Positions 25,277 through 32,000 of a DNA stretch of 32,000 nucleotides are shown in pieces. Under the pieces are notes generated by a model. It had not been told where the DNA came from, made no database searches, and worked only from the letters and a program-made list of their open reading frames with translations. The position numbers and the translations under genes are program-made. The first letter of the stretch is position 1. Each line of letters starts with the position of its first letter. Origin of the DNA: Sinorhizobium phage AP-16-3; sequence record OP484857.1. One strand, 5' to 3'.

Positions 25277-25802
25277 GTTAGATAGTTTGTTCAACTTCCT
25301 AGGAGTGTTGATGTTTTTCGTCATCACGCTCCTAGCCCAGATCAACCCGCCCACGGATCCGCAAATCACGCCACCCGGCAACCTAGTCGCCTCTGCGGCA
25401 TGGCCTGCAGGCGCCATCGACGTGGATCTCTGGGTGCTCGCTCCCGACGACAAGCCGGTTGGCTACGTGAACAAGAGCGGCAAGGTATTTTCGCTTTTGA
25501 GAGACGACCTCGGCACGTCCAACGACTCGACCAGTTTGAATTACGAGAGCGCCTTCACGCGCGGCCTCCCCGACGGTGAGTACGTCATCAACGTCAAATG
25601 CTTCGGCTGCGCCGGCAAGGTGCCGGTGGATGTCAGTGTGGAAGTGCGGCTGGTCGAAGGGGGCGTTGTTTGGACTGGGGTTGTCACTCTGATCGCCGAG
25701 AAGCAGGAGCGCACGGCAACACGGTTTCGTCTTCGGGGCGGCAAGGTTGTGGCTGGGTCGGCGTCGTCGGTCTTCAAGCCGCTTAGCAAAGGAGGGGTGT
25801 GA
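25269..25802 (+). CDS. ExbD/TolR/MotB-like single-TM protein with periplasmic beta domain
   Basis: GTG start; LKLDSLFNFLGVLMFFVITLLAQINP with Asp at helix start, then AGAIDVDLWVLAPDDKPVGYVNKSGKVFSLLRDDLG...GLPDGEYVINVKCF. Confidence 0.5.
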   Translation: MLKLDSLFNFLGVLMFFVITLLAQINPPTDPQITPPGNLVASAAWPAGAIDVDLWVLAPDDKPVGYVNKSGKVFSLLRDDLGTSNDSTSLNYESAFTRGLPDGEYVINVKCFGCAGKVPVDVSVEVRLVEGGVVWTGVVTLIAEKQERTATRFRLRGGKVVAGSASSVFKPLSKGGV

Positions 25803-25987
25803 TGTACAGCAAAACCAAACGAATAGTCGAAACGGCTGCTTTTGCAGTCGCTCCGTATCTGGCGTGGTCATTCGTTTCGTTTGACTGGTCGGCCGCATTC
25901 GCCACGCAAGACGCTAGGTTCTTCTGGCTAATGCTTACGGTTTTTGTGACTGCAGGCGCGTACACGTTCCCGAGACTTGGCGAATGA
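25799..25987 (+). CDS. Small two-TM membrane protein
   Basis: MMYSKTKRIVETAAFAVAPYLAWSFVSFDWSAAFATQDARFFWLMLTVFVTAGAYTFPRLGE; translational overlap with neighbours. Confidence 0.6.
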   Translation: MMYSKTKRIVETAAFAVAPYLAWSFVSFDWSAAFATQDARFFWLMLTVFVTAGAYTFPRLGE

Positions 25988-26421
25988 CCCACTCCCTAGC
26001 CCTCTGGCTCGCATTCGTCACTGCCGTTGGCGCCATCGCCTACTTCGGCACAAGACGTCAGGCCATCATGTTCGCACTAGCAGCCGCGCTGACATTACCG
26101 GCAGCCTTCCTGCCGCTTAGCTACGCAACGCCGCTGGCGCCGCCACCAGGCAAGCACACGGTGCTAGGCGCGCGCATCGATGTGGACGTGGCGATTTATG
26201 TGTTGCTGGACGGCCCTGCGATGGGCAGCAGCGAGCCCCGCCTCTACCGCCTGCCGTATTCCGCGGAAGCGGCCAACCAGCTGCAAGCCGCACAAGACGG
26301 CACGGCAGACGGCGAGGGCGGTGTTGCCCTGCGCGTAGGCCAAGACGGCTCGCCGGGATTCTCCGAAGACAGCGGCACGCCTGAGCCGCCGAAGCAGGCG
26401 GAAAGGGTGTTGCTGCCATGA
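25984..26421 (+). CDS. Membrane-anchored hypothetical protein of the putative proton-channel cassette
   Basis: Two N-terminal TM helices, then GKHTVLGARIDVDVAIYVLLDGPAMGSSEPRLYRLPYSAEAANQLQAA. Confidence 0.65.
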   Translation: MTHSLALWLAFVTAVGAIAYFGTRRQAIMFALAAALTLPAAFLPLSYATPLAPPPGKHTVLGARIDVDVAIYVLLDGPAMGSSEPRLYRLPYSAEAANQLQAAQDGTADGEGGVALRVGQDGSPGFSEDSGTPEPPKQAERVLLP

Positions 26422-26534
26422 ACGAGCTAGCTTGGGAAGCTTTGAAAATCGCCATGTGCGGCGCAGCGGCGTTCGCACTGATCTGCGCCGTTTGCGCGTA
26501 TGGATGTTATCGGCTGGGGCCGGAGGGGGATTGA
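26418..26534 (+). CDS. 38-aa membrane peptide (not in ORF track)
   Basis: MNELAWEALKIAMCGAAAFALICAVCAYGCYRLGPEGD; overlaps the preceding and following genes by ATGA-type junctions. Confidence 0.5.
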   Translation: MNELAWEALKIAMCGAAAFALICAVCAYGCYRLGPEGD

Positions 26535-26899
26535 TGGTTAGACACGGCGAAGCGCCATTTCTGGAATGCAGCAGCCGCGGCGATCGGCGGCTATCCGCAT
26601 TCCACGCACGCATACGCTCGCGTGGAAACAAGAGCGTAGAAGACATCTACCAAGCGGCGAAGGTCTTTGCCGACGGCTCTACGGGCCTGTCGTGGCGCGA
26701 AGCCAAAGGCAAGCAGGCCGTCAACATGGCAGAAGTGCGCGAACTGTATGCGCGCCTCTGGGACGAGTACATCGGCGAAAACCCGGCGCTGCTCGATGTC
26801 ATTCGTGCCGCTTCTGGGTTGTCCGACATGTTCGGCCAGCAGGGGTCGGCATGCCAAGCAACCGAGCTTTGGCGGATTCGCAACAAGGAGCAAGCATGA
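26534..26899 (+). CDS. Hypothetical protein
   Basis: 121 aa; RIRSRGNKSVEDIYQAAKVFADGSTGLSWREAKGKQAVNMAEVRELYARLWDEYIGENPALLDVI...FGQQGSACQATELWRIRNKEQA. Confidence 0.65.
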   Translation: MVRHGEAPFLECSSRGDRRLSAFHARIRSRGNKSVEDIYQAAKVFADGSTGLSWREAKGKQAVNMAEVRELYARLWDEYIGENPALLDVIRAASGLSDMFGQQGSACQATELWRIRNKEQA

Positions 26900-28155
26900 A
26901 CCTCACCACCGAACAACTCGAGGAAAGAGTCGCCGCCTACAAGTTGTACGGCAGCCAACGGCTGGCCGCGCAAGCGCTGGGCATCGGCAAGTCGACGATG
27001 GGCGACAGCCTCAAAGTGGCCGCGGAGCGGGGGCTGCTGGGAACCAAGCCGGTGTTGCCGGGTTTCCGCCTGACGAAAACCACTGCGGTGACGAACGAGC
27101 ACGGCGACGTCGTACGCGAATTCATCCAGCAGCGGCCAGAGGCTGGCGCCGAATTCGAACTACCGGCTGGACACACCATCAAGGGCGTGTCGGCACTTGT
27201 CGATCCTGCCGGCCGTGTGATGCAGCAGTGGGTGAAGACGCGCAACGAATATGCGCCGCAGGACATTGCGGCCATCCTCAAGGATGCCTTCACCGATGTA
27301 CCGCCAGCCGAGCCTGTCGCCGCCTCGTCGATCGTCTCAGGCGACCTTCTGACGCTCACGCCCCTTGCGGATTTCCACGTCGGGCTCTTCTCGTGGGCCG
27401 GAGAAACCGGAACCAATTGGGACTTGAAGATTGCCGAGCGGGTCATAGGCGACGCAATCGAAGACCTGACCGACCGCACGCCGCCAAGCGCGCACGCAAT
27501 CGTGCTGGGTGGCGGTGATCTGCTCCACTCGGACAATAACGAGAACAAGACGGCGCGCTCTGGCAACGCTCTTCAAGTCGACGGCCGTTACCAGAAGGTG
27601 CTAATGACGGCCTGCCGCCTTGTCGTGCGGACGATCGACGCGAACCTCAGACGGCACGGCCACGTAACGGTGCGCATCCTGCCGGGCAACCACGACGAGC
27701 ACGCATCCGTCGCGGTCGCTTACTTCCTGCTTGCCTGGTATCGCAACGAGCCGCGTGTAACGGTCGACGTCGACCCATCGCTGTTCTTCTGGTTCCGTTT
27801 CGGCAAAGTGCTGCTTGGCGCCACGCACGGCCACACCGTGAAGCTGAAGGACATGGCCAGCATCATGGCTCACCGCCGCGCCGAGGACTGGGGAGCAACC
27901 CGCCATCGGTTCGTGCACGGATTCCACATCCACCATTCGAGCAAGTTTGCGACCGAGGGCAACGGCGTGATTTCGGAATCGCACCAGACGCCGACGCCGC
28001 AGGATGCTTGGCACTTCGGCGCTGGATTCTTGTCTGGCCGCAGCATGCAGGCGATCTCATACCATCGCGAATACGGCGAGGTGTCGCGCGTGCGGGTGGC
28101 GATGATGGATGCGGCAAACGACAATGAACCGACAGAGCGCAGGGAGGCGGCGTGA
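26896..28155 (+). CDS. Metallophosphoesterase-like protein with N-terminal HTH
   Basis: HTH YGSQRLAAQALGIGKSTMGDSLKVAAERG; LADFHVGLFSWAGE, LGGGDLLHSDNN, VRILPGNHDEHAS, LGATHGHTVKL metallophosphatase-like motifs. Confidence 0.83.
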   Translation: MNLTTEQLEERVAAYKLYGSQRLAAQALGIGKSTMGDSLKVAAERGLLGTKPVLPGFRLTKTTAVTNEHGDVVREFIQQRPEAGAEFELPAGHTIKGVSALVDPAGRVMQQWVKTRNEYAPQDIAAILKDAFTDVPPAEPVAASSIVSGDLLTLTPLADFHVGLFSWAGETGTNWDLKIAERVIGDAIEDLTDRTPPSAHAIVLGGGDLLHSDNNENKTARSGNALQVDGRYQKVLMTACRLVVRTIDANLRRHGHVTVRILPGNHDEHASVAVAYFLLAWYRNEPRVTVDVDPSLFFWFRFGKVLLGATHGHTVKLKDMASIMAHRRAEDWGATRHRFVHGFHIHHSSKFATEGNGVISESHQTPTPQDAWHFGAGFLSGRSMQAISYHREYGEVSRVRVAMMDAANDNEPTERREAA

Positions 28156-28316
28156 GCGAAGAAAGCAAGCTGGAACGAGGCGACCAGATCCGTCTTCACG
28201 CGCTCAGGCTGGCCATCCAGTACAAGCACGAGGTGCGCTCGAGGTGGACGCTCCACACCGTCGCATCCCGCTTTGAGCAATACATCGAGACCGGGAAGGA
28301 ATTCGCGGAAGTCTAA
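28152..28316 (+). CDS. Small hypothetical protein (not in ORF track)
   Basis: GTG start overlapping preceding TGA; VSEESKLERGDQIRLHALRLAIQYKHEVRSRWTLHTVASRFEQYIETGKEFAEV. Confidence 0.5.
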   Translation: MSEESKLERGDQIRLHALRLAIQYKHEVRSRWTLHTVASRFEQYIETGKEFAEV

Positions 28317-28372
28317 CCACGCCCCTGCTGCCGGCTCACCAACCGGCAGCAACCACCACAGAGGAGACTGGA

Positions 28373-28960
28373 ATGGAAATTGTTGGAACGTTGAGAAACG
28401 CGAGTCGCGACGGCAGGAGCCTCGCGGGTCAAGTGTACGGCGACACAAAGGGTCGTTTCAAGGACGGCGACTGGATTACGACCAGCACCATCATGGAGGA
28501 GATTGGCGACGTGTTTCGCACGCGCTACAGCGCCTATAAAGTCGAAAGCTGGGCTGGCGACAAGCCAGCAAACGACAACGCCGCGCCCGCATACTCCCAC
28601 GCCGCCGCCATCAACCTGTTTGCGGCCGACTGCCACGCAGCAAGCCGCAAGGCTGGCTGGTACACCGACCCACACACAGGCAAGGCGCTGGAGCGCAACG
28701 TGCCGGAAATGCTCTGCCTGATCCATTCCGAAATCAGCGAGGCGATGGAGGGATTCCGCAAGCACCTTGCCGACGACAAGCTTCCGCGGCGGCCGATGAT
28801 CGAAGTCGAGCTCGCCGACGCCATGATCCGAATTGGCGACCTTGCCACGTATCTCGGCCTGGATGTCGGCGGGGCGATCGTTGAGAAGATGGCGTTCAAT
28901 GCGCAACGGGAAGATCACAAGCTGGAAGCGCGGCGCGCGGCTGGCGGGAAGGCGTTTTGA
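28373..28960 (+). CDS. MazG-like nucleotide pyrophosphohydrolase fused to small N-terminal domain
   Basis: EMLCLIHSEISEAMEGFRKH and MIEVELADAMIRIGDLATYLGLD (ExxE / ExxD style); N-terminal GRFKDGDWITTSTIMEEIGDVFRTRYSAYKVESW. Confidence 0.75.
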   Translation: MEIVGTLRNASRDGRSLAGQVYGDTKGRFKDGDWITTSTIMEEIGDVFRTRYSAYKVESWAGDKPANDNAAPAYSHAAAINLFAADCHAASRKAGWYTDPHTGKALERNVPEMLCLIHSEISEAMEGFRKHLADDKLPRRPMIEVELADAMIRIGDLATYLGLDVGGAIVEKMAFNAQREDHKLEARRAAGGKAF

Positions 28961-29631
28961 TGGGGGCGGTTACGAGAGAACTAGCGCAGCGCGCCGTCGC
29001 CGCCGAGACCTTCGGTCCGCTCGACAAGTACGTTCCTGCCAACGACAACACCCCACAACCGGCACCCACCGCAGACCGAGGCCCGTTCATCCAAGTCTGG
29101 CCGAACCGCCAGTTCTTCCCGTTCGATCCTCAGCCGCAAGAGGTGTTCATCGAAAGCATCGCGCACGGCCTGTCGAACATCTGCCGCTACTCCGGAGCGG
29201 TTGATCGGCATTATTCCGTCGCCGAGCATTCCGTGCACACTGCGCGCTGGCTGCGTTTCAGTTATGGCGTGACGTCGGCGCTCTGCGCCCTGCTGCACGA
29301 CTCTCCGGAGGCCCTGTCTGGCTTCGGTGACGTCGGTAGGCCGGTGAAGGCGCAGGTGCCGTTCATCGGCGTTACGGAAGACAACATCTACCGGAATGCC
29401 GTTGCGCCACGTTTCGGCCTGCCGTTTGCTCTGCCTCCCGAAGTCCATGAGGCGGACTCGCGGATTATTGCCGATGAAGTGGCGGCCAGCCTCGCGCCAA
29501 TGGACTGGCACGCGCGTTACGACGATCCTCTGGGCGTCAATATTCGGTGCTGGTATCCGGCGCAGGCGAAGGAAGAATTCCTGGCTACTTTCGAGGCGTT
29601 GATGGATTGTCGGGCGAGGGGGATGGAGTGA
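28960..29631 (+). CDS. HD-domain phosphohydrolase, YfbR-like 5'-nucleotidase family
   Basis: RHYSVAEHSVHTARWLRF and ALCALLHDSPEALSGFGDVGRPVKAQV; track ORF uses TTG 28957. Confidence 0.85.
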   Translation: MGAVTRELAQRAVAAETFGPLDKYVPANDNTPQPAPTADRGPFIQVWPNRQFFPFDPQPQEVFIESIAHGLSNICRYSGAVDRHYSVAEHSVHTARWLRFSYGVTSALCALLHDSPEALSGFGDVGRPVKAQVPFIGVTEDNIYRNAVAPRFGLPFALPPEVHEADSRIIADEVAASLAPMDWHARYDDPLGVNIRCWYPAQAKEEFLATFEALMDCRARGME

Positions 29632-29771
29632 TGGAGAAGGCTATTTGCGCCGGTTCGGCCGTGTTTCTCGGCCTTTTCTCGGTAGCGCTGGCGGTTGCTG
29701 ACATTCGCACCGGAGCGCTTACGATGGCGTTCTTGGCTGGCGTGCTGGCCGCGCTTAGGGAGGTGGCATGA
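29631..29771 (+). CDS. Small two-TM membrane protein
   Basis: MEKAICAGSAVFLGLFSVALAVADIRTGALTMAFLAGVLAALREVA. Confidence 0.55.
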   Translation: MEKAICAGSAVFLGLFSVALAVADIRTGALTMAFLAGVLAALREVA

Positions 29772-30157
29772 CAGAACAACCGTATCAGAAGTTTTCACGC
29801 ATTCGCCGCGAAAAACTAGAGGCAGCCTTGGCGCTGCCTCTCCCGACAAGCGTTGACGATATCGGCGTCGAGGGCTTCTTCGACCCCTGGCGGCACGTGA
29901 TCAACGGAATTGACGGAAGCTATTCAAGCGAGTCAGACGATCTGATGATCGAAGTGCTTGAAGCCGTTCGCGATGGAACGACGTTCGAGCTGATCAAGAG
30001 TAGGGGCTTTATCGTCGAGTTCATGCTTTACGTCCTCTCAGGTCACGACCTGACAGAATGCGGAACATCGCCACGAGGGAGCTGGCCTGATCAACTAGAT
30101 CTTTGGCAGCCTCTCATCGACAAATGGAAGGCTTATCGAGAGGTGGCATGGTCATGA
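29768..30157 (+). CDS. Hypothetical protein
   Basis: 129 aa in overlapping operon context. Confidence 0.6.
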   Translation: MTEQPYQKFSRIRREKLEAALALPLPTSVDDIGVEGFFDPWRHVINGIDGSYSSESDDLMIEVLEAVRDGTTFELIKSRGFIVEFMLYVLSGHDLTECGTSPRGSWPDQLDLWQPLIDKWKAYREVAWS

Positions 30158-30519
30158 CCTACCAATTTCATGTTGGAATGATGGTTCAATGCATCGACGA
30201 CAAAGTGCCGCTTGAGGGCGGCGCGGTCGTCAAAGACGCAGCCATTACCGAAGGCCAGATCTACACGATCAGGTGGGTAGGCATGGCCAGCCACTACGTC
30301 TTCGGCTCGTATATGGGAGTTAGGCTGGAAGGCGTCGACAGCAAGTTCGGCGAGGCGTGGGGCGTGAAGGATGCGCCCTTTGCCGCAAGGAGGTTCAGGC
30401 CGCTCGTCAACGACCGTCTGGCTAGCTTGCGAGCGTTGCAAAATCCAAACCAGCCGATTGCACCCGCGCCGGAAGAGCCGCGCCGTAGGGCGCCAGTGAA
30501 AGAAGAGGAGAAGGTATGA
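30154..30519 (+). CDS. Hypothetical phage protein
   Basis: MTYQFHVGMMVQCIDDKVPLEGGAVVKDAAITEGQIYTIRWVGM; ATGA overlap. Confidence 0.65.
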   Translation: MTYQFHVGMMVQCIDDKVPLEGGAVVKDAAITEGQIYTIRWVGMASHYVFGSYMGVRLEGVDSKFGEAWGVKDAPFAARRFRPLVNDRLASLRALQNPNQPIAPAPEEPRRRAPVKEEEKV

Positions 30520-31184
30520 TCGACAGCGACAACTGGAGCCCATGGCTTGAAAGCGGCGACCTTGCGCACGTGCCGCCGATGCAGGCGCAGCGGCGGACAG
30601 CCAACGACAACCGCAAGCCGCTTATGATCGGCATCACTGGCAAGCGGAACGTCGGCAAGTCCACCGTCGCAACCATTCTTGAATCAAGATACGGCTTCGC
30701 TCGCGCGCATGCTTTTGACGGCGGCAAGGAGGCTTCACGCGCTTACTTTGAATACATCACCAGCGACCCGGTAATTGCCGGCCGGATGGTCTATGGCGAC
30801 CTTAAGGACAAGCCGTCCGAGTATTTGCCAGGCGGCGTCTCACCGCGCTTCTTCCTTGAGAAGTTCGGCCACTTTATGGGCGACACGATGGGCGTTGACT
30901 GGACACTGGCAATGGAGATTGCGAGGATCCGAAGGCAGACGCCAAACGCGCCGATCGTCGTCGAGAGCCTTGTTTATGAGGCACCGTGGTTTAAGTCGCA
31001 GGGAGGCTTCGTGCTGCGGCTAGAGCGACCAGACTTCGACGGTCCTGCCGGCATTGCGAGCGACAGCGTGCAAGCCGGTATTGAGGCGGACGAGACGATC
31101 ATCGCGCGATCCGTCGACGAGCTTGAGCGCAAGGCTGAATGGCTGGCCGATAAATTGTTGGAGGTGCGGAAGTGGGTGGCGTGA
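30516..31184 (+). CDS. P-loop deoxynucleoside monophosphate kinase-like protein
   Basis: LMIGITGKRNVGKSTVATILESRYGFARAHAFDGGKEASRAYF (Walker A and DGGK), FFLEKFGHFMGDTMGVDWTL. Confidence 0.75.
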   Translation: MIDSDNWSPWLESGDLAHVPPMQAQRRTANDNRKPLMIGITGKRNVGKSTVATILESRYGFARAHAFDGGKEASRAYFEYITSDPVIAGRMVYGDLKDKPSEYLPGGVSPRFFLEKFGHFMGDTMGVDWTLAMEIARIRRQTPNAPIVVESLVYEAPWFKSQGGFVLRLERPDFDGPAGIASDSVQAGIEADETIIARSVDELERKAEWLADKLLEVRKWVA

Positions 31185-31402
31185 TTCCGGAGGATGTTAT
31201 GATGGCAGCGAGAGAGTGCGTGCGTGAAAGCTTCGCTGACCCGCTCTCTCCGATGCAGGGATACGTTGCCAGCGCCATCCTCGCAGAGCGCCAGCGTTGC
31301 GCGGATCGTGCCGACAAGTGGGCCAAGGACGACCTGCAAAACGGAGAGGTGAGGCTCGCCGCTGCCTACATACGTCGGGAAATCATGTCCGGAGAAAAAT
31401 AA
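31172..31402 (+). CDS. Small hypothetical protein
   Basis: MGGVIPEDVMMAARECVRESFADPLSPMQGYVASAILAERQRCADRADKWAKDDLQNGEVRLAAAYIRREIMSGEK; last gene before terminator. Confidence 0.6.
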   Translation: MGGVIPEDVMMAARECVRESFADPLSPMQGYVASAILAERQRCADRADKWAKDDLQNGEVRLAAAYIRREIMSGEK

Positions 31403-31469
31403 AAGCCCACCAAACCGTCTTCCGCGGCATGCGGCGCATAATGCGCATTGCGGGCTAATTTATGCCTAA

Positions 31470-31775
31470 TTAGTTTGCCACCAATTCAAGCGCCCAATCA
31501 TTTGGTTGGGCGTTTTCTTTTTCCGTTTCCGCCACCCTCCCGGCGGCTCGAGGACACACGGCACGCATTCGGCAACCTGCACAGGCGTCTTCTTCGCCAG
31601 CCATGGGCACGAGTGCATCGCCGAGCATCCAATGAAAGCGATGCGGGCCAATTGCGATCGTTCTTATATGGTATTGCTCTCTGCCTCGGGCAGTCTTCTT
31701 TCTCCCTATTACTATCGAGGGCATGCGCCCCGATACGTGGTTGACGCATTGCCCTTCATCGAATTCGAATTTCAT
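31470..31775 (-). CDS. Hypothetical protein with CxxCxxxxxC motif
   Basis: 101 aa, minus strand; ALVPMAGEEDACAGCRMRAVCPRAAGR. Convergent with the accessory operon. Confidence 0.45.
   Translation of the reverse strand: MKFEFDEGQCVNHVSGRMPSIVIGRKKTARGREQYHIRTIAIGPHRFHWMLGDALVPMAGEEDACAGCRMRAVCPRAAGRVAETEKENAQPNDWALELVAN
31491..31522 (+). terminator. Strong rho-independent terminator at end of accessory operon
   Basis: CGCCCAA (31491-31497), 8-nt loop, TTGGGCG (31506-31512), then TTTTCTTTTT. Confidence 0.85.
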
Positions 31776-32000
31776 TTCATGCAGCCCCCATGGCCCTATG
31801 GCCCTTGGTTACGTCCCTTCGATTATAATTCTGGTTGCGCTGTATGATTTGCGCAACAGTAAAAATTTATGGGTTTCCATATTACATTTTCGTCATCAAC
31901 TCCCACTCGCTCGTTTCGGCGATTGGCGCCGAGCCAGGAGTTGAACACTAGCCATCACGACTAGCCGTGCGCCTTTAGCCGCCGCGACGGCCTGGACATA

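Noticed and set aside
24851-25802. Annotation as a Zorya (ZorAB) defence system
   Set aside because: The ExbB-like protein lacks the long ZorA cytoplasmic tail, the partner has no visible OmpA-like domain, and no ZorC/D/E helicase or nuclease candidates occur nearby.
1-32000. CRISPR arrays, tRNA genes, transposases or diversity-generating retroelements
   Set aside because: No regularly spaced repeats, no reverse transcriptase motif and no transposase motifs were noticed on reading; tRNAs would need a dedicated scan.

Overview
The window is a left-to-right structural and accessory gene block of a tailed, siphovirus-like phage or prophage with an HK97-type head, of alphaproteobacterial character. 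Order on the + strand: terminase small and large subunits, portal, prohead protease, major capsid, head-tail connectors, tail tube, tail chaperones, tape measure with an embedded lysozyme-like segment, tail tip/host-specificity proteins, tail spike, an inverted FkbM methyltransferase cassette, endolysin, holin-like genes, then an 8 kb accessory operon ending at a strong terminator near 31.5 kb.

Main observations:
(1) The accessory operon encodes a short four-TM MotA/TolQ/ExbB-like protein overlapping a one-TM ExbD/TolR-like partner with a periplasmic domain. They are flanked by an exported trypsin-like protease and small membrane proteins. This is the best candidate for an undescribed system.
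(2) Three almost identical promoters (CTTGACAAATTTGTRAAA plus a -10 at 17 bp spacing), each with a perfect 10-bp palindrome over the -35, sit upstream of an HNH endonuclease gene, a GIY-YIG endonuclease gene and the accessory operon.
(3) A perfect 127-bp tandem duplication frameshifts the endolysin. The length suggests an untrimmed k=127 assembly overlap.
(4) A truncated paralogue of the FkbM methyltransferase lies beside the full-length gene.
(5) A minus-strand 55-aa membrane protein gene absent from the ORF track contains an 11-bp inverted repeat.
(6) An A/P-N-D-N coding motif recurs seven times near protein termini or linkers.

All product calls come from reading motifs by eye; no database search was run.
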